Shown here piece by piece: positions 8,060 through 15,888 of a stretch of 32,000 nucleotides of DNA. Source of the DNA: Sphingomonadales bacterium (GTDB lineage Bacteria > Pseudomonadota > Alphaproteobacteria > Sphingomonadales > Sphingomonadaceae); contig JAIYAY010000003.1 in NCBI GenBank assembly GCA_027488785.1, forward strand, positions 44,168-76,167, written 5' to 3'. Made by a program: the position numbers and the translations under genes. How positions within the stretch are numbered: the first letter of the stretch is position 1; each line of letters begins with the position of its first letter. The notes under the pieces were generated by a model that was not told the origin of the DNA, did no database searches, and saw nothing but the letters and a program-made list of their open reading frames with translations.

Positions 8060-9271
8060 ATGTCCGAAGAATTCTACCGCATCAAACGCTTGCCACCTTA
8101 TGTCATCGCAGAGGTCAATGCGATGCGTGCGGCGGCGCGCGGCGCGGGTGAGGACATTATCGATCTCGGCATGGGCAATCCAGATTTGCCGCCGCCGCCG
8201 CATGTGATCGAAAAATTGTGCGAAGTCGCGCAGAAACCTGATGCCCATGGCTATTCCGCATCCAAGGGCATCCCCGGGCTGCGCAAGGCGCAGGCTAATT
8301 ATTATGGGCGGCGTTTCGGGGTCGATGTTGATCCTGAAAAAGAAGTTGTTGTGACCATGGGTTCGAAGGAAGGGCTGGCGAGTCTTGCGACAGCGATCAC
8401 TGCGCCGGGCGACGTAGTGCTTGCGCCCAACCCCAGCTACCCCATCCATACCTTTGGTTTTATCATTGCGGGCGCGACCATTCGTTCGGTGCCTACCACG
8501 CCTGATGAAAATTACTTCCGTTCGTTGGAACGCGCCATGGCCTTTACCGTACCGCGCCCGTCGATATTGGTGGTCAATTATCCATCCAACCCGACGGCTG
8601 AGACCGTTGATCTGGCCTTTTACGAGCGGCTCGTCGCATGGGCGAAGGAAAACAAGGTCTGGATATTGTCCGACCTAGCTTATTCCGAATTATATTTTGA
8701 CGGCAACCCGACACCATCGATTTTGCAGGTCAAAGGCGGCAAGGATGTTGCGGTTGAATTTACGTCCTTGTCCAAAACCTATTCTATGGCGGGATGGCGC
8801 GTTGGTTTTGCCGTTGGCAACCGCGACCTGATTGCAGCGATGACGCGGGTAAAAAGCTATCTGGATTATGGTGCCTTTACGCCCATTCAGGCAGCGGCCT
8901 GCGCTGCGCTCAACGGGCCGCAGGACATTGTTGAACAAAACCGGCAATTGTATCACAAGCGCCGCGATATCCTTGTCGAGGCCTTCGGGCGGGCCGGCTG
9001 GGACATTCCGCCGCCGCGGGCATCGATGTTTGCTTGGGCACCCTTGCCGCCGGCGCTCGCGCATTTGGGCAGCCTTGAATTTTCCAAGCAGTTGCTGACC
9101 GAGGCAAAGGTCGCGGTCGCGCCGGGCGTGGGCTATGGCGAAGACGGCGAGGGCTATGTCCGCATTGCTATGGTCGAAAATGAACACCGGTTGCGGCAGG
9201 CGGCGCGCAATGTGAAACGCTATCTGCAATCCATGGGTGTCAACACCCCAGCGCAGTCCAAGGCGATTTGA
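8060..9271 (+). CDS. pyridoxal-phosphate aminotransferase (alaC / LL-diaminopimelate aminotransferase-like)
   Basis: 403 aa: AAARGAGEDIIDLGMGNPDLPPPPHVIEKL, NPSYPIHTFGF, PLP-lysine motif SLSKTYSMAGWRVGFAVGN. Confidence 0.92.
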   Translation: MSEEFYRIKRLPPYVIAEVNAMRAAARGAGEDIIDLGMGNPDLPPPPHVIEKLCEVAQKPDAHGYSASKGIPGLRKAQANYYGRRFGVDVDPEKEVVVTMGSKEGLASLATAITAPGDVVLAPNPSYPIHTFGFIIAGATIRSVPTTPDENYFRSLERAMAFTVPRPSILVVNYPSNPTAETVDLAFYERLVAWAKENKVWILSDLAYSELYFDGNPTPSILQVKGGKDVAVEFTSLSKTYSMAGWRVGFAVGNRDLIAAMTRVKSYLDYGAFTPIQAAACAALNGPQDIVEQNRQLYHKRRDILVEAFGRAGWDIPPPRASMFAWAPLPPALAHLGSLEFSKQLLTEAKVAVAPGVGYGEDGEGYVRIAMVENEHRLRQAARNVKRYLQSMGVNTPAQSKAI

Positions 9272-9272
9272 C

Positions 9273-9737
9273 ATGGCTCGGGGTGACTTTGCGTTTCATC
9301 ATGGCTTGCGCGTGCGCTGGTCAGAAACCGATGCGCAAGGCGTTGTCTTCAACGCCCGATATCTCGATTATGCGGATATCGCGATTACAGAATATTGGCG
9401 TGCGGTAAAGTTTCGCGATTATGCCGATAACGCGCCGATGGAATTTCATGTCAAAAAAGCGACCGTAACATGGTTTGCACCGATTAAGCCGGATGAAATG
9501 ATTGAAGTCATGGCGCGGACCATCGCAACGGGGCGCACAAGCATGACGCAGCTCGTTGAAATTCATGGCCTCACCGAAGATAGATCGGACGATTTGCGTG
9601 CGACGGTGGATTTGGTCAGCGTGCATGTGGATCTCGACGTGCATCGTCCCATCCCGTTGCCCGATTGGGTGAAGGGCGTTTTTACGGCGTTTGACAGCCA
9701 AGCAACCAATATGCAGTCGTCTCTGGCCGAGGCTTGA
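9273..9737 (+). CDS. acyl-CoA thioesterase, YbgC/FadM-like hotdog fold
   Basis: 154 aa: HHGLRVRWSETDAQGVVFNARYLDYADIAITEYWRAV. Start ATG 9273 immediately follows the aminotransferase stop. Confidence 0.85.
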   Translation: MARGDFAFHHGLRVRWSETDAQGVVFNARYLDYADIAITEYWRAVKFRDYADNAPMEFHVKKATVTWFAPIKPDEMIEVMARTIATGRTSMTQLVEIHGLTEDRSDDLRATVDLVSVHVDLDVHRPIPLPDWVKGVFTAFDSQATNMQSSLAEA

Positions 9738-9756
9738 GACGTTGGCCCGACATGTC

Positions 9757-10482
9757 ATGACCGCTAAGATGATGGCACTAACGCTGGCGCTAGTGTTCGT
9801 CAGCGGCTGCCAACAAAGTGCAACGGAAGAGCAAAATGCAACCATGATGGAATTTCCGCGCCCGGATCGCACGGTATCGGCGATTGGCGACACGGAATTT
9901 TCGACAGAGGCTGCTCGTGATGAGCTGGGCGAAGCCGAATATGTCATGGATTGGGCAGGCGTTCAGTTGGGGGCCACCGTAGCGGACATTGGCGCAGGAG
10001 AGGGCTATTACACCATCCGCCTTGCCGATCGTGTTGGCCCTAAAGGCCGCGTTTTGGCGCAGGACATTAATCGCGGCGCGCTGAACCGGCTTGGGGAGCG
10101 TGTGACCCGCGAGCAGCTCGATAATGTTGCGATTAAGGAAGGTGCGGTCGACGATCCACGCCTGCCGAGGAACAGCTTTGACCGGATATTCATGGTGCAT
10201 ATGTACCATGAGATTGAAGAGCCTTATGCGTTTCTGTGGCGGATGCGGCCGGCACTGGCGAAGGGCGGGCAGGTGATTGTCGTCGACCGCGATCGGGTGA
10301 CGCACCAGCATGGCATTCCGCCAAAATTGCTCTTCTGTGAATTTGAAGCCGTCGGCTACCGCCTAACCGGCTTTACCGAGCAACTGAAGCTTGGTGGCTA
10401 TATTGCGCGGTTTGAAGTTAGCGGCGAACGGCCCGAGCCATCGGCCATACGGAGCTGCGCAAGCCTCTATCCGCAAAGCTGA
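9757..10482 (+). CDS. class I SAM-dependent methyltransferase with N-terminal lipoprotein-like signal
   Basis: MTAKMMALTLALVFVSGCQQSATEEQN (hydrophobic stretch plus lipobox-like VSGC), then motif I VADIGAGEGYYTIRLADRVGPKGRVLAQDI and FDRIFMVHMYHEIEEPYAFL. Confidence 0.85.
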   Translation: MTAKMMALTLALVFVSGCQQSATEEQNATMMEFPRPDRTVSAIGDTEFSTEAARDELGEAEYVMDWAGVQLGATVADIGAGEGYYTIRLADRVGPKGRVLAQDINRGALNRLGERVTREQLDNVAIKEGAVDDPRLPRNSFDRIFMVHMYHEIEEPYAFLWRMRPALAKGGQVIVVDRDRVTHQHGIPPKLLFCEFEAVGYRLTGFTEQLKLGGYIARFEVSGERPEPSAIRSCASLYPQS

Positions 10483-10553
10483 GGTTTCTCATTCCCCGTC
10501 AAACCCAATGAAGGCGCCGAAAAGGATATTTTGCTCGCGCGCTTTCTGCACAA

Positions 10554-10586
10554 AAAAGGGCGGCCTATTGCTAGACCGCCCCTTTT
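10554..10586. terminator. bidirectional rho-independent terminator between the methyltransferase gene and rplL
   Basis: AAAAGGGCGG (10554-10563) pairs with CCGCCCCTTTT (10576-10586) with one bulge; A/T flanks on both sides; lies between convergent genes. Confidence 0.85.
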
Positions 10587-10610
10587 GTATATCCCGAAAG
10601 GGAGACTGAA

Positions 10611-10982
10611 TTACTTCAGTTCTACGGTTCCGCCTGCAGCAAGGATCTTCGCCTTGATGTCTTCGGCTTCTGCCTTGTTTACGCCTTCCTTGAGCGCCTT
10701 TGGTGCGGCCTCAACAAGCGCCTTTGCTTCGGTCAGACCCAAGTTAGTGATTGCGCGTACTTCCTTGATGACGGCAATCTTGTTTCCGCCGTCGCCGGTC
10801 AGGATAACGTCGAATTCAGTCTGCTCTTCAGCAGCTGGTGCAGCAGCGGCAGCAGGGCCAGCAACAGCAACAGCAGCAGCGGCGCTAACGCCCCACTTTT
10901 CTTCCAAAGCCTTTGCAAGGTCAGCCGCTTCAAGAACGGTCAAAGCCGAAAGTTGGTCTACGAGCTTTTCAATATCAGCCAT
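10611..10982 (-). CDS. rplL: 50S ribosomal protein L7/L12
   Basis: [123 protein letters not shown]. Confidence 0.99.
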   Translation of the reverse strand: MADIEKLVDQLSALTVLEAADLAKALEEKWGVSAAAAVAVAGPAAAAAPAAEEQTEFDVILTGDGGNKIAVIKEVRAITNLGLTEAKALVEAAPKALKEGVNKAEAEDIKAKILAAGGTVELK

Positions 10983-11056
10983 TTAAATAACACTCCGATT
11001 TTCTGTCATATCTGTAGGGCCCGCCCAAATGGACGCAGCCGGTTTCATGTAAAAAG

Positions 11057-11572
11057 TTACGCTGCCTTTTGGTCAGCATAGGCACCAAATACCCGTGCCA
11101 ATTTCGCTGCCGGTGCGGTCGAAAGCTGAGCGATTTTCGTTGCCGGTGCTTGTACAAGACCGATAAGCTTCGCGCGCAGTTCGTCGAGCGATGGCATGGA
11201 AGCCAACGCCTTTACACCGTTTACATCGAGGAACGTGTCACCCATCGCGCCGCCGACAATTTCAAGTTTGTCATTGGTCTTGGCGAACTCGACCGCAATC
11301 TTTGCAGCGGCGACCGGGTCCGACGATGTGGCGAGCGCCGTAGGTCCGGTAAGCAATTCTGCTACCGCGCCATATTGCGTTCCCTCAAGGGCGATTTTGG
11401 CAAGACGGTTCTTGGCAACCTTATATGTTGCGCCCGCATCGCGCATCTTCAAACGAAGGTCGGTCGATTGTGCAACTGTCAGCCCGAGATTACGGGTAAC
11501 AACAACAACCGCCGCTTCATTAAAAGTGGCGTTCAGCGATGCAACTGTTTCGGTCTTTTCAGAACGGTTCAT
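11057..11572 (-). CDS. rplJ: 50S ribosomal protein L10
   Basis: [67 protein letters not shown]; directly upstream of rplL; preceded by AAGGAG. Confidence 0.98.
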   Translation of the reverse strand: MNRSEKTETVASLNATFNEAAVVVVTRNLGLTVAQSTDLRLKMRDAGATYKVAKNRLAKIALEGTQYGAVAELLTGPTALATSSDPVAAAKIAVEFAKTNDKLEIVGGAMGDTFLDVNGVKALASMPSLDELRAKLIGLVQAPATKIAQLSTAPAAKLARVFGAYADQKAA

Positions 11573-11588
11573 GCATTACTCCTTATTT

Positions 11589-11654
11589 GGGCCGTCCCGG
11601 CGAACCGGGCAAGCCCAACACGAAAAGCGAAGCGCCCGGATGGGCCCTTGCGCT
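11589..11654 (-). promoter_or_regulatory. candidate structured 5' leader of rplJ (two hairpins)
   Basis: Hairpin 11589-11616: minus strand GGGC-TTG-CCCGG-TTCG-CCGGG-ACG-GCCC. Hairpin 11631-11654: minus strand AGCGCAAGGGCCCATCCGGGCGCT with nested GCCC/GGGC and AGC/GCT pairing. Confidence 0.5.
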
Positions 11655-11841
11655 GACTTAGTCCGTGGGGAAGTTTCATGCCGAACGCACACGACAGATT
11701 GTCGAAGCAGTGGCGAAGGATGGCAAAGCCAATCCTGAAATCTCTATCCCCGTCTAGGCTGGACATTAAGAACGGCAAATTCCGTTCACCAACTGTCTCG
11801 GACGGTTGCCGGTGAAGCCGTCGCTCCACCGAACAGGGGTG

Positions 11842-11869
11842 CCACTAGCAGGGTTGAGGAGAGAGTCAA
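11842..11869 (-). promoter_or_regulatory. candidate housekeeping promoter for rplJ-rplL
   Basis: Minus strand TTGACTC (11869-11863), 13-nt gap, GCTAGTGG (11849-11842); resembles the Caulobacter-type TTGACGS-N10-14-GCTANAWC consensus, with a weak -10. Confidence 0.4.
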
Positions 11870-12013
11870 GCGCGTTGCGGAAATCTGCGCTTTACAAGGT
11901 CGCTGTTTGTTCGAAAACTTGTGTAGCTTTGGACAATTTATCTTACTGGACAAGCTTTGCTGCACTGACTTAATCAGGTCGTCCTCATGATCCCAGGCAA
12001 GATAGGAGCAAAT

Positions 12014-12427
12014 ATGCCGGATGTCCGTGAAAATACTATGGCCCTGATAGAGCGCTATTATGCCGCGTTTAACGCCATGGACATTGACGCTATATTGGCT
12101 TGCCTGACCGATGATGTGGCGCATGACATTAATCAAGGTGAACGCGAAACCGGCAAGGATGCGTTCCGCGCGTTTCTGGGACGCATGGACCATGCCTATA
12201 GCGAACAGTTACGGGATATCGTCATCATGACCAGCACGGACGGCGCGCGCGCTGCGGCCGAATTCATGGTGCACGGCGTATATAAGGTCGCCGACGAAGG
12301 CTTTCCGCCCGCGCATGGACAAAGCTATGTTTTGCCGGCGGGTGGCTTTTTTGAAATCGTCGATGGAAAGATTGCGCGCGTGTCGGTCTATTATAACTTA
12401 ACCGACTGGATCGCCCAAGTTTCATGA
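12014..12427 (+). CDS. NTF2-like / ketosteroid isomerase-related protein
   Basis: MPDVRENTMALIERYYAAFNAMDIDAILACLTDDVAHDINQGERETGKDAFRAFLGRMDHAY...GGFFEIVDGKIARVSVYYNLTDWI; AGGAG spaced before ATG 12014. The track ORF starts at 11987. Confidence 0.85.
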   Translation: MPDVRENTMALIERYYAAFNAMDIDAILACLTDDVAHDINQGERETGKDAFRAFLGRMDHAYSEQLRDIVIMTSTDGARAAAEFMVHGVYKVADEGFPPAHGQSYVLPAGGFFEIVDGKIARVSVYYNLTDWIAQVS

Positions 12428-13014
12428 CGATCCGCGTCCGCAGTTTGACAGATAAGCAGGAACGCCAAGCGGCGATTCCGGCTTTGTCCGATCTGCGAAT
12501 CCGCGTCTTTCGGGGATGGCCCTATCTATATGATGGGACGACGGACTATGAAGCGGAATATCTTGCTGAATTTATCGATGAGCCCGGCTCGGTGCTGGTG
12601 GTAGCAACGGATGGTGCTGCGGTTGTCGGTGCGGCAACAGCGTCCCCAATGGCGGGTCAGAAGCCGGAATTTCAGGCGCCCTTGCGGAAACGCGGACTGG
12701 ATGTCGCGCGGATTTTCTATTTCGGGGAGTCTGTATTGCTTCCGCAGTATCAAGGGCAGGGTATTGGCCATCAATTTTTCGACGCGCGCGAGGCGGCGGC
12801 GCGGGCGGCAGGCGCTGTCCATGCCAGCTTTTGTGCCGTGATACGTCCGGACGACCATCCTATGCGACCACAAGCGCCCCGCGACTTGGCACCCTTTTGG
12901 CGCGCGCGGGGCTATGCGCCGGTCGAGGGATTGACAACGATGCTGCATTGGCAGGATGTCGGCGATGCTGACGAAAGCCCGCATCCGATGCAATTTTGGA
13001 TGCGCGACCTATGA
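12424..13014 (+). CDS. GNAT family N-acetyltransferase
   Basis: 196 aa: GSVLVVATDGAAVVGAATASP...IFYFGESVLLPQYQGQGIGHQFFDAREAAARAAG (acetyl-CoA-binding QGQGIG). ATGA overlap with the preceding gene. Confidence 0.85.
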   Translation: MTIRVRSLTDKQERQAAIPALSDLRIRVFRGWPYLYDGTTDYEAEYLAEFIDEPGSVLVVATDGAAVVGAATASPMAGQKPEFQAPLRKRGLDVARIFYFGESVLLPQYQGQGIGHQFFDAREAAARAAGAVHASFCAVIRPDDHPMRPQAPRDLAPFWRARGYAPVEGLTTMLHWQDVGDADESPHPMQFWMRDL

Positions 13015-13916
13015 CCGCGCCTGTTCGCATTGCCGCCGCCCAATATCCCATCGGGCAGCCGGAGAGCTTTGCCGACTGGCAAGGCAAAGTCGCGGCGTGG
13101 GCTGTCGACGCATTAGAGCAGCGCGCACAGCTTTTGGTGTTTCCCGAATATGCGGCGATGGAACTGGCGGCAATCGACACCGCTACCGCCAGCGATCTGC
13201 ACGCCTCATTGCGCGCTGTGGTGGCCCTGGGGCCGCAGATTGATGACCATTATGCCGATTTGGCGCGGCTTTTTGGTGTTGCGGTGCTGGGCGGAACACG
13301 CCCGCATGCTTTGGATGACGGACGGGTTGTTAATCGGGCAAGCTTATATCTTCCCGACGGGCAAAACGGGCATCAGGACAAGATCATGATGACGCGCTTC
13401 GAACGGGAATCCTGGGATATTCAGGGCGGGACCGACTTGCGCGTTTTTCGAACGCCTTTGGGCATGCTTAGCATTTCGACTTGCTATGATGTCGAATTCC
13501 CCATGATCGCGCGGACGCAGGCCGCCGCAGGTGCACAGGTCATCCTCTGTCCGTCCTGTACCGACAGTTTACAAGGCTATTATCGGGTCCGCATTGGCGC
13601 GCAGGCACGGGCATTGGAAAACCAAATTTTTGTTGTGCAGGCACCAACGGTCGGCATGGCGCCCTGGTCACCTGCGCTCGATGAAAATTACGGCGCGGCG
13701 GGTGTTTTCGTTCCACCCGATGGCGATAGCCCCGATGACGGCGTTTTGGCTATTGGAACCGAAGGGCAAGGGGAATGGGTCTTTGCGGATGTGGATGTTG
13801 CCCGCGTCGAACGATGGCGCAGCGCCGGCGCAGTGCGCCCGTTTGCGCACTGGCCCGAACAATATCGCGGGGCAAAAGCTGATGATCTAGCCGTGGACAT
13901 CATCGCGCTAGATTAA
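13011..13916 (+). CDS. carbon-nitrogen hydrolase (nitrilase superfamily) protein
   Basis: MTAPVRIAAAQYPIGQPES; catalytic-triad contexts VFPEYAAME (E), HQDKIMMTRFE (K), LSISTCYDVEFP (C). Start ATG 13011 in ATGA overlap with GNAT; alternative start 12996. Confidence 0.9.
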   Translation: MTAPVRIAAAQYPIGQPESFADWQGKVAAWAVDALEQRAQLLVFPEYAAMELAAIDTATASDLHASLRAVVALGPQIDDHYADLARLFGVAVLGGTRPHALDDGRVVNRASLYLPDGQNGHQDKIMMTRFERESWDIQGGTDLRVFRTPLGMLSISTCYDVEFPMIARTQAAAGAQVILCPSCTDSLQGYYRVRIGAQARALENQIFVVQAPTVGMAPWSPALDENYGAAGVFVPPDGDSPDDGVLAIGTEGQGEWVFADVDVARVERWRSAGAVRPFAHWPEQYRGAKADDLAVDIIALD

Positions 13917-13945
13917 GTCCTAAGCCCTTTATCGCGGCGATATGT

Positions 13946-14377
13946 TCAACCTATTTCGAAAATGGAATAAATCGGACCGGTTGCCGTGCGTTCACCCGTG
14001 CCGACCGCAACCACATTGTTGAGCCAGTTATAGCGGGCATCACCACATTCAAACTTTGCCGAGATAGCCAAGGAATATTCGGAGGTATCCAGTGCCTCGC
14101 CTTTGGCAAAGCGGGCCATGGCATCGGCGTTGGCGAGGAAACGTCCTTGATAGGTCAGATATATCAGCGCGCCGTCGTCGGTTTGGAGCGTCAGACGAAC
14201 GTCAATGGCCATAACGCCGTCATTCCGGTTGACGACCCAATCATTTCCACCGGGCAGTACCTTGCCTTTCAGCCGTTCGCCGGTGAAGTGGCCACCGGTG
14301 ACCGGCGCGATGCGGCGCACACCGGCTGGGGTCTGGCCAATGCTGACCATCCCTGCAAAATCAACGGTCAACGTCAT
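13946..14377 (-). CDS. DUF3237 domain-containing protein
   Basis: MTLTVDFAGMVSIGQTPAGVRRIAPVTGGHFTGERLKGKVLPGGNDWVVNRNDGVMAIDVRLTLQTDDGALIYLTYQGR; alternative start 14410 (MNNLQHR). Confidence 0.8.
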   Translation of the reverse strand: MTLTVDFAGMVSIGQTPAGVRRIAPVTGGHFTGERLKGKVLPGGNDWVVNRNDGVMAIDVRLTLQTDDGALIYLTYQGRFLANADAMARFAKGEALDTSEYSLAISAKFECGDARYNWLNNVVAVGTGERTATGPIYSIFEIG

Positions 14378-14465
14378 TTGTATGAGGTGGCGATGCTGTA
14401 AATTGTTCATTGCGCAGTTGCTATCATGACGGCAGGATGGTGCAAGACAAATTAGGGAGAGTGAG

Positions 14466-15833
14466 TTGGATAACATAATTGCGCGCCGTCCAGGGCCATC
14501 TGTGCAGGAGATATTGGATAGCGATACGAACGCCGCGCCAGAAATCATGCGCGTAGAATCACCTGCCATCGGGCAAAGCAGCGCAGATGTGTCGATTGAG
14601 CGTTATTTTTCAAAAGACTGGCATGATCGGGAAGTGGAACAAGTCTGGCGCAAGACCTGGCAACTTGCGTGCCGGTTGGAGCATATCCCCAATGTCGGCG
14701 ATCATGTCGTGTATGACATCGTCCATGATTCCTTGATTGTCGTGCGCACAGGGCCTGACGAGATTAAGGCTTATATCAACGCCTGCCTGCATCGTGGCAC
14801 GATGCTGCGCACCGAAGGCGGATGTGTGAAACAATTCCGCTGCCCCTTTCATGGCTGGACGTGGAAGTTGGATGGCGCGTTATCCGTCATTCCGGGGCAA
14901 TGGGATTTTCCCCATGTCGACAAAGACAAGATGAACCTTCCCGAAGCGCGGGTTGGCATTTGGGGCGGCTTTGTTTTCATCAATTTTGATGCCGATGCCG
15001 AGCCATTGGAATCCTATCTGGAAAATTTGCCCGAACATTTTGCACCCTTCAATCTAGAGGATCGCTACGTCGCGGCGCATGTAGCCAAGATTATGCCCTG
15101 TAACTGGAAGCTGGCGATGGAGGCATTTGTCGAGGCCTATCATGTGCCCTTCGCGCACCCGCAAGTGCTTGGTTATTATGGCGACAGCAACACCCAATAT
15201 GACGTTTGGCCAGGCGTGCGCCATGTCAGCCGGATGATTAGCGTCCAAGGTGTCGCCAGCCCATCAAAGCCCGCGACGACGCCCGAACAGACGATTGAGG
15301 AAATGCGCCGAGACGTGCCTTTTTTTGCAGGCAAGCCCATTGAAGTGCATGCAGGCGAAACCGCCCGCGGCAAGCTGGCCGAACGCGCGCGCGAGAAGAT
15401 TTCCCGTTCGATTGGCCGCGACATGTCTGGGCTTTCGGATTCTGAATCTCTCGATCTCATCGAATATATGCTGTTCCCCAATATGGTGCCTTGGGGTGGG
15501 CAAGCGTTACCGATTACCTATCGCTTCCGCCCGAATGGCGACGATCCGGAAAGCTCGATCATGGAAATCATGTTCCTATTTTCCAAAGCGCCCGATGGTT
15601 CGCATCCGGAACCGGCAAAAATGACGATGCTCGGACCGGATCAGAAATGGGCTGATGCGCCGGAACTGGGATCAGCAGCGATGGTCGCGGATCAGGACAC
15701 CGATAATCTGATGCGTATTCAACGGGGTCTTCGGGCATCGAAAAAGCCGGGCGTTACCCTTGCACGCTATCAGGAAAGCCGCATCCGCCATTATCACGAG
15801 ACGCTAGATCGCTATATGGATAAGGCGACTTAG
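14466..15833 (+). CDS. aromatic ring-hydroxylating dioxygenase (Rieske) alpha subunit
   Basis: 455 aa from a TTG start; Rieske motif CLHRGTMLRTEGGCVKQFRCPFHGW (CxH...CxxH); catalytic region NWKLAMEAFVEAYHVPFAHP. Confidence 0.9.
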   Translation: MDNIIARRPGPSVQEILDSDTNAAPEIMRVESPAIGQSSADVSIERYFSKDWHDREVEQVWRKTWQLACRLEHIPNVGDHVVYDIVHDSLIVVRTGPDEIKAYINACLHRGTMLRTEGGCVKQFRCPFHGWTWKLDGALSVIPGQWDFPHVDKDKMNLPEARVGIWGGFVFINFDADAEPLESYLENLPEHFAPFNLEDRYVAAHVAKIMPCNWKLAMEAFVEAYHVPFAHPQVLGYYGDSNTQYDVWPGVRHVSRMISVQGVASPSKPATTPEQTIEEMRRDVPFFAGKPIEVHAGETARGKLAERAREKISRSIGRDMSGLSDSESLDLIEYMLFPNMVPWGGQALPITYRFRPNGDDPESSIMEIMFLFSKAPDGSHPEPAKMTMLGPDQKWADAPELGSAAMVADQDTDNLMRIQRGLRASKKPGVTLARYQESRIRHYHETLDRYMDKAT

Positions 15834-15888
15834 CAGATTTGAACACACAGGCATGTTTGGTTAGTGGCAGCGTCTCAAGGGAGCATAC

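Noticed and set aside
7964-8449. 161-aa minus-strand ORF starting in the aminotransferase gene
   Set aside because: Mostly antisense to the aminotransferase, no family signature.
11786-12193. 135-aa minus-strand ORF upstream of rplJ, with 11569..11829 as another small ORF
   Set aside because: Overlaps the NTF2-like gene antisense and the putative rplJ promoter/leader; no domain resemblance. Treated as regulatory noncoding DNA.
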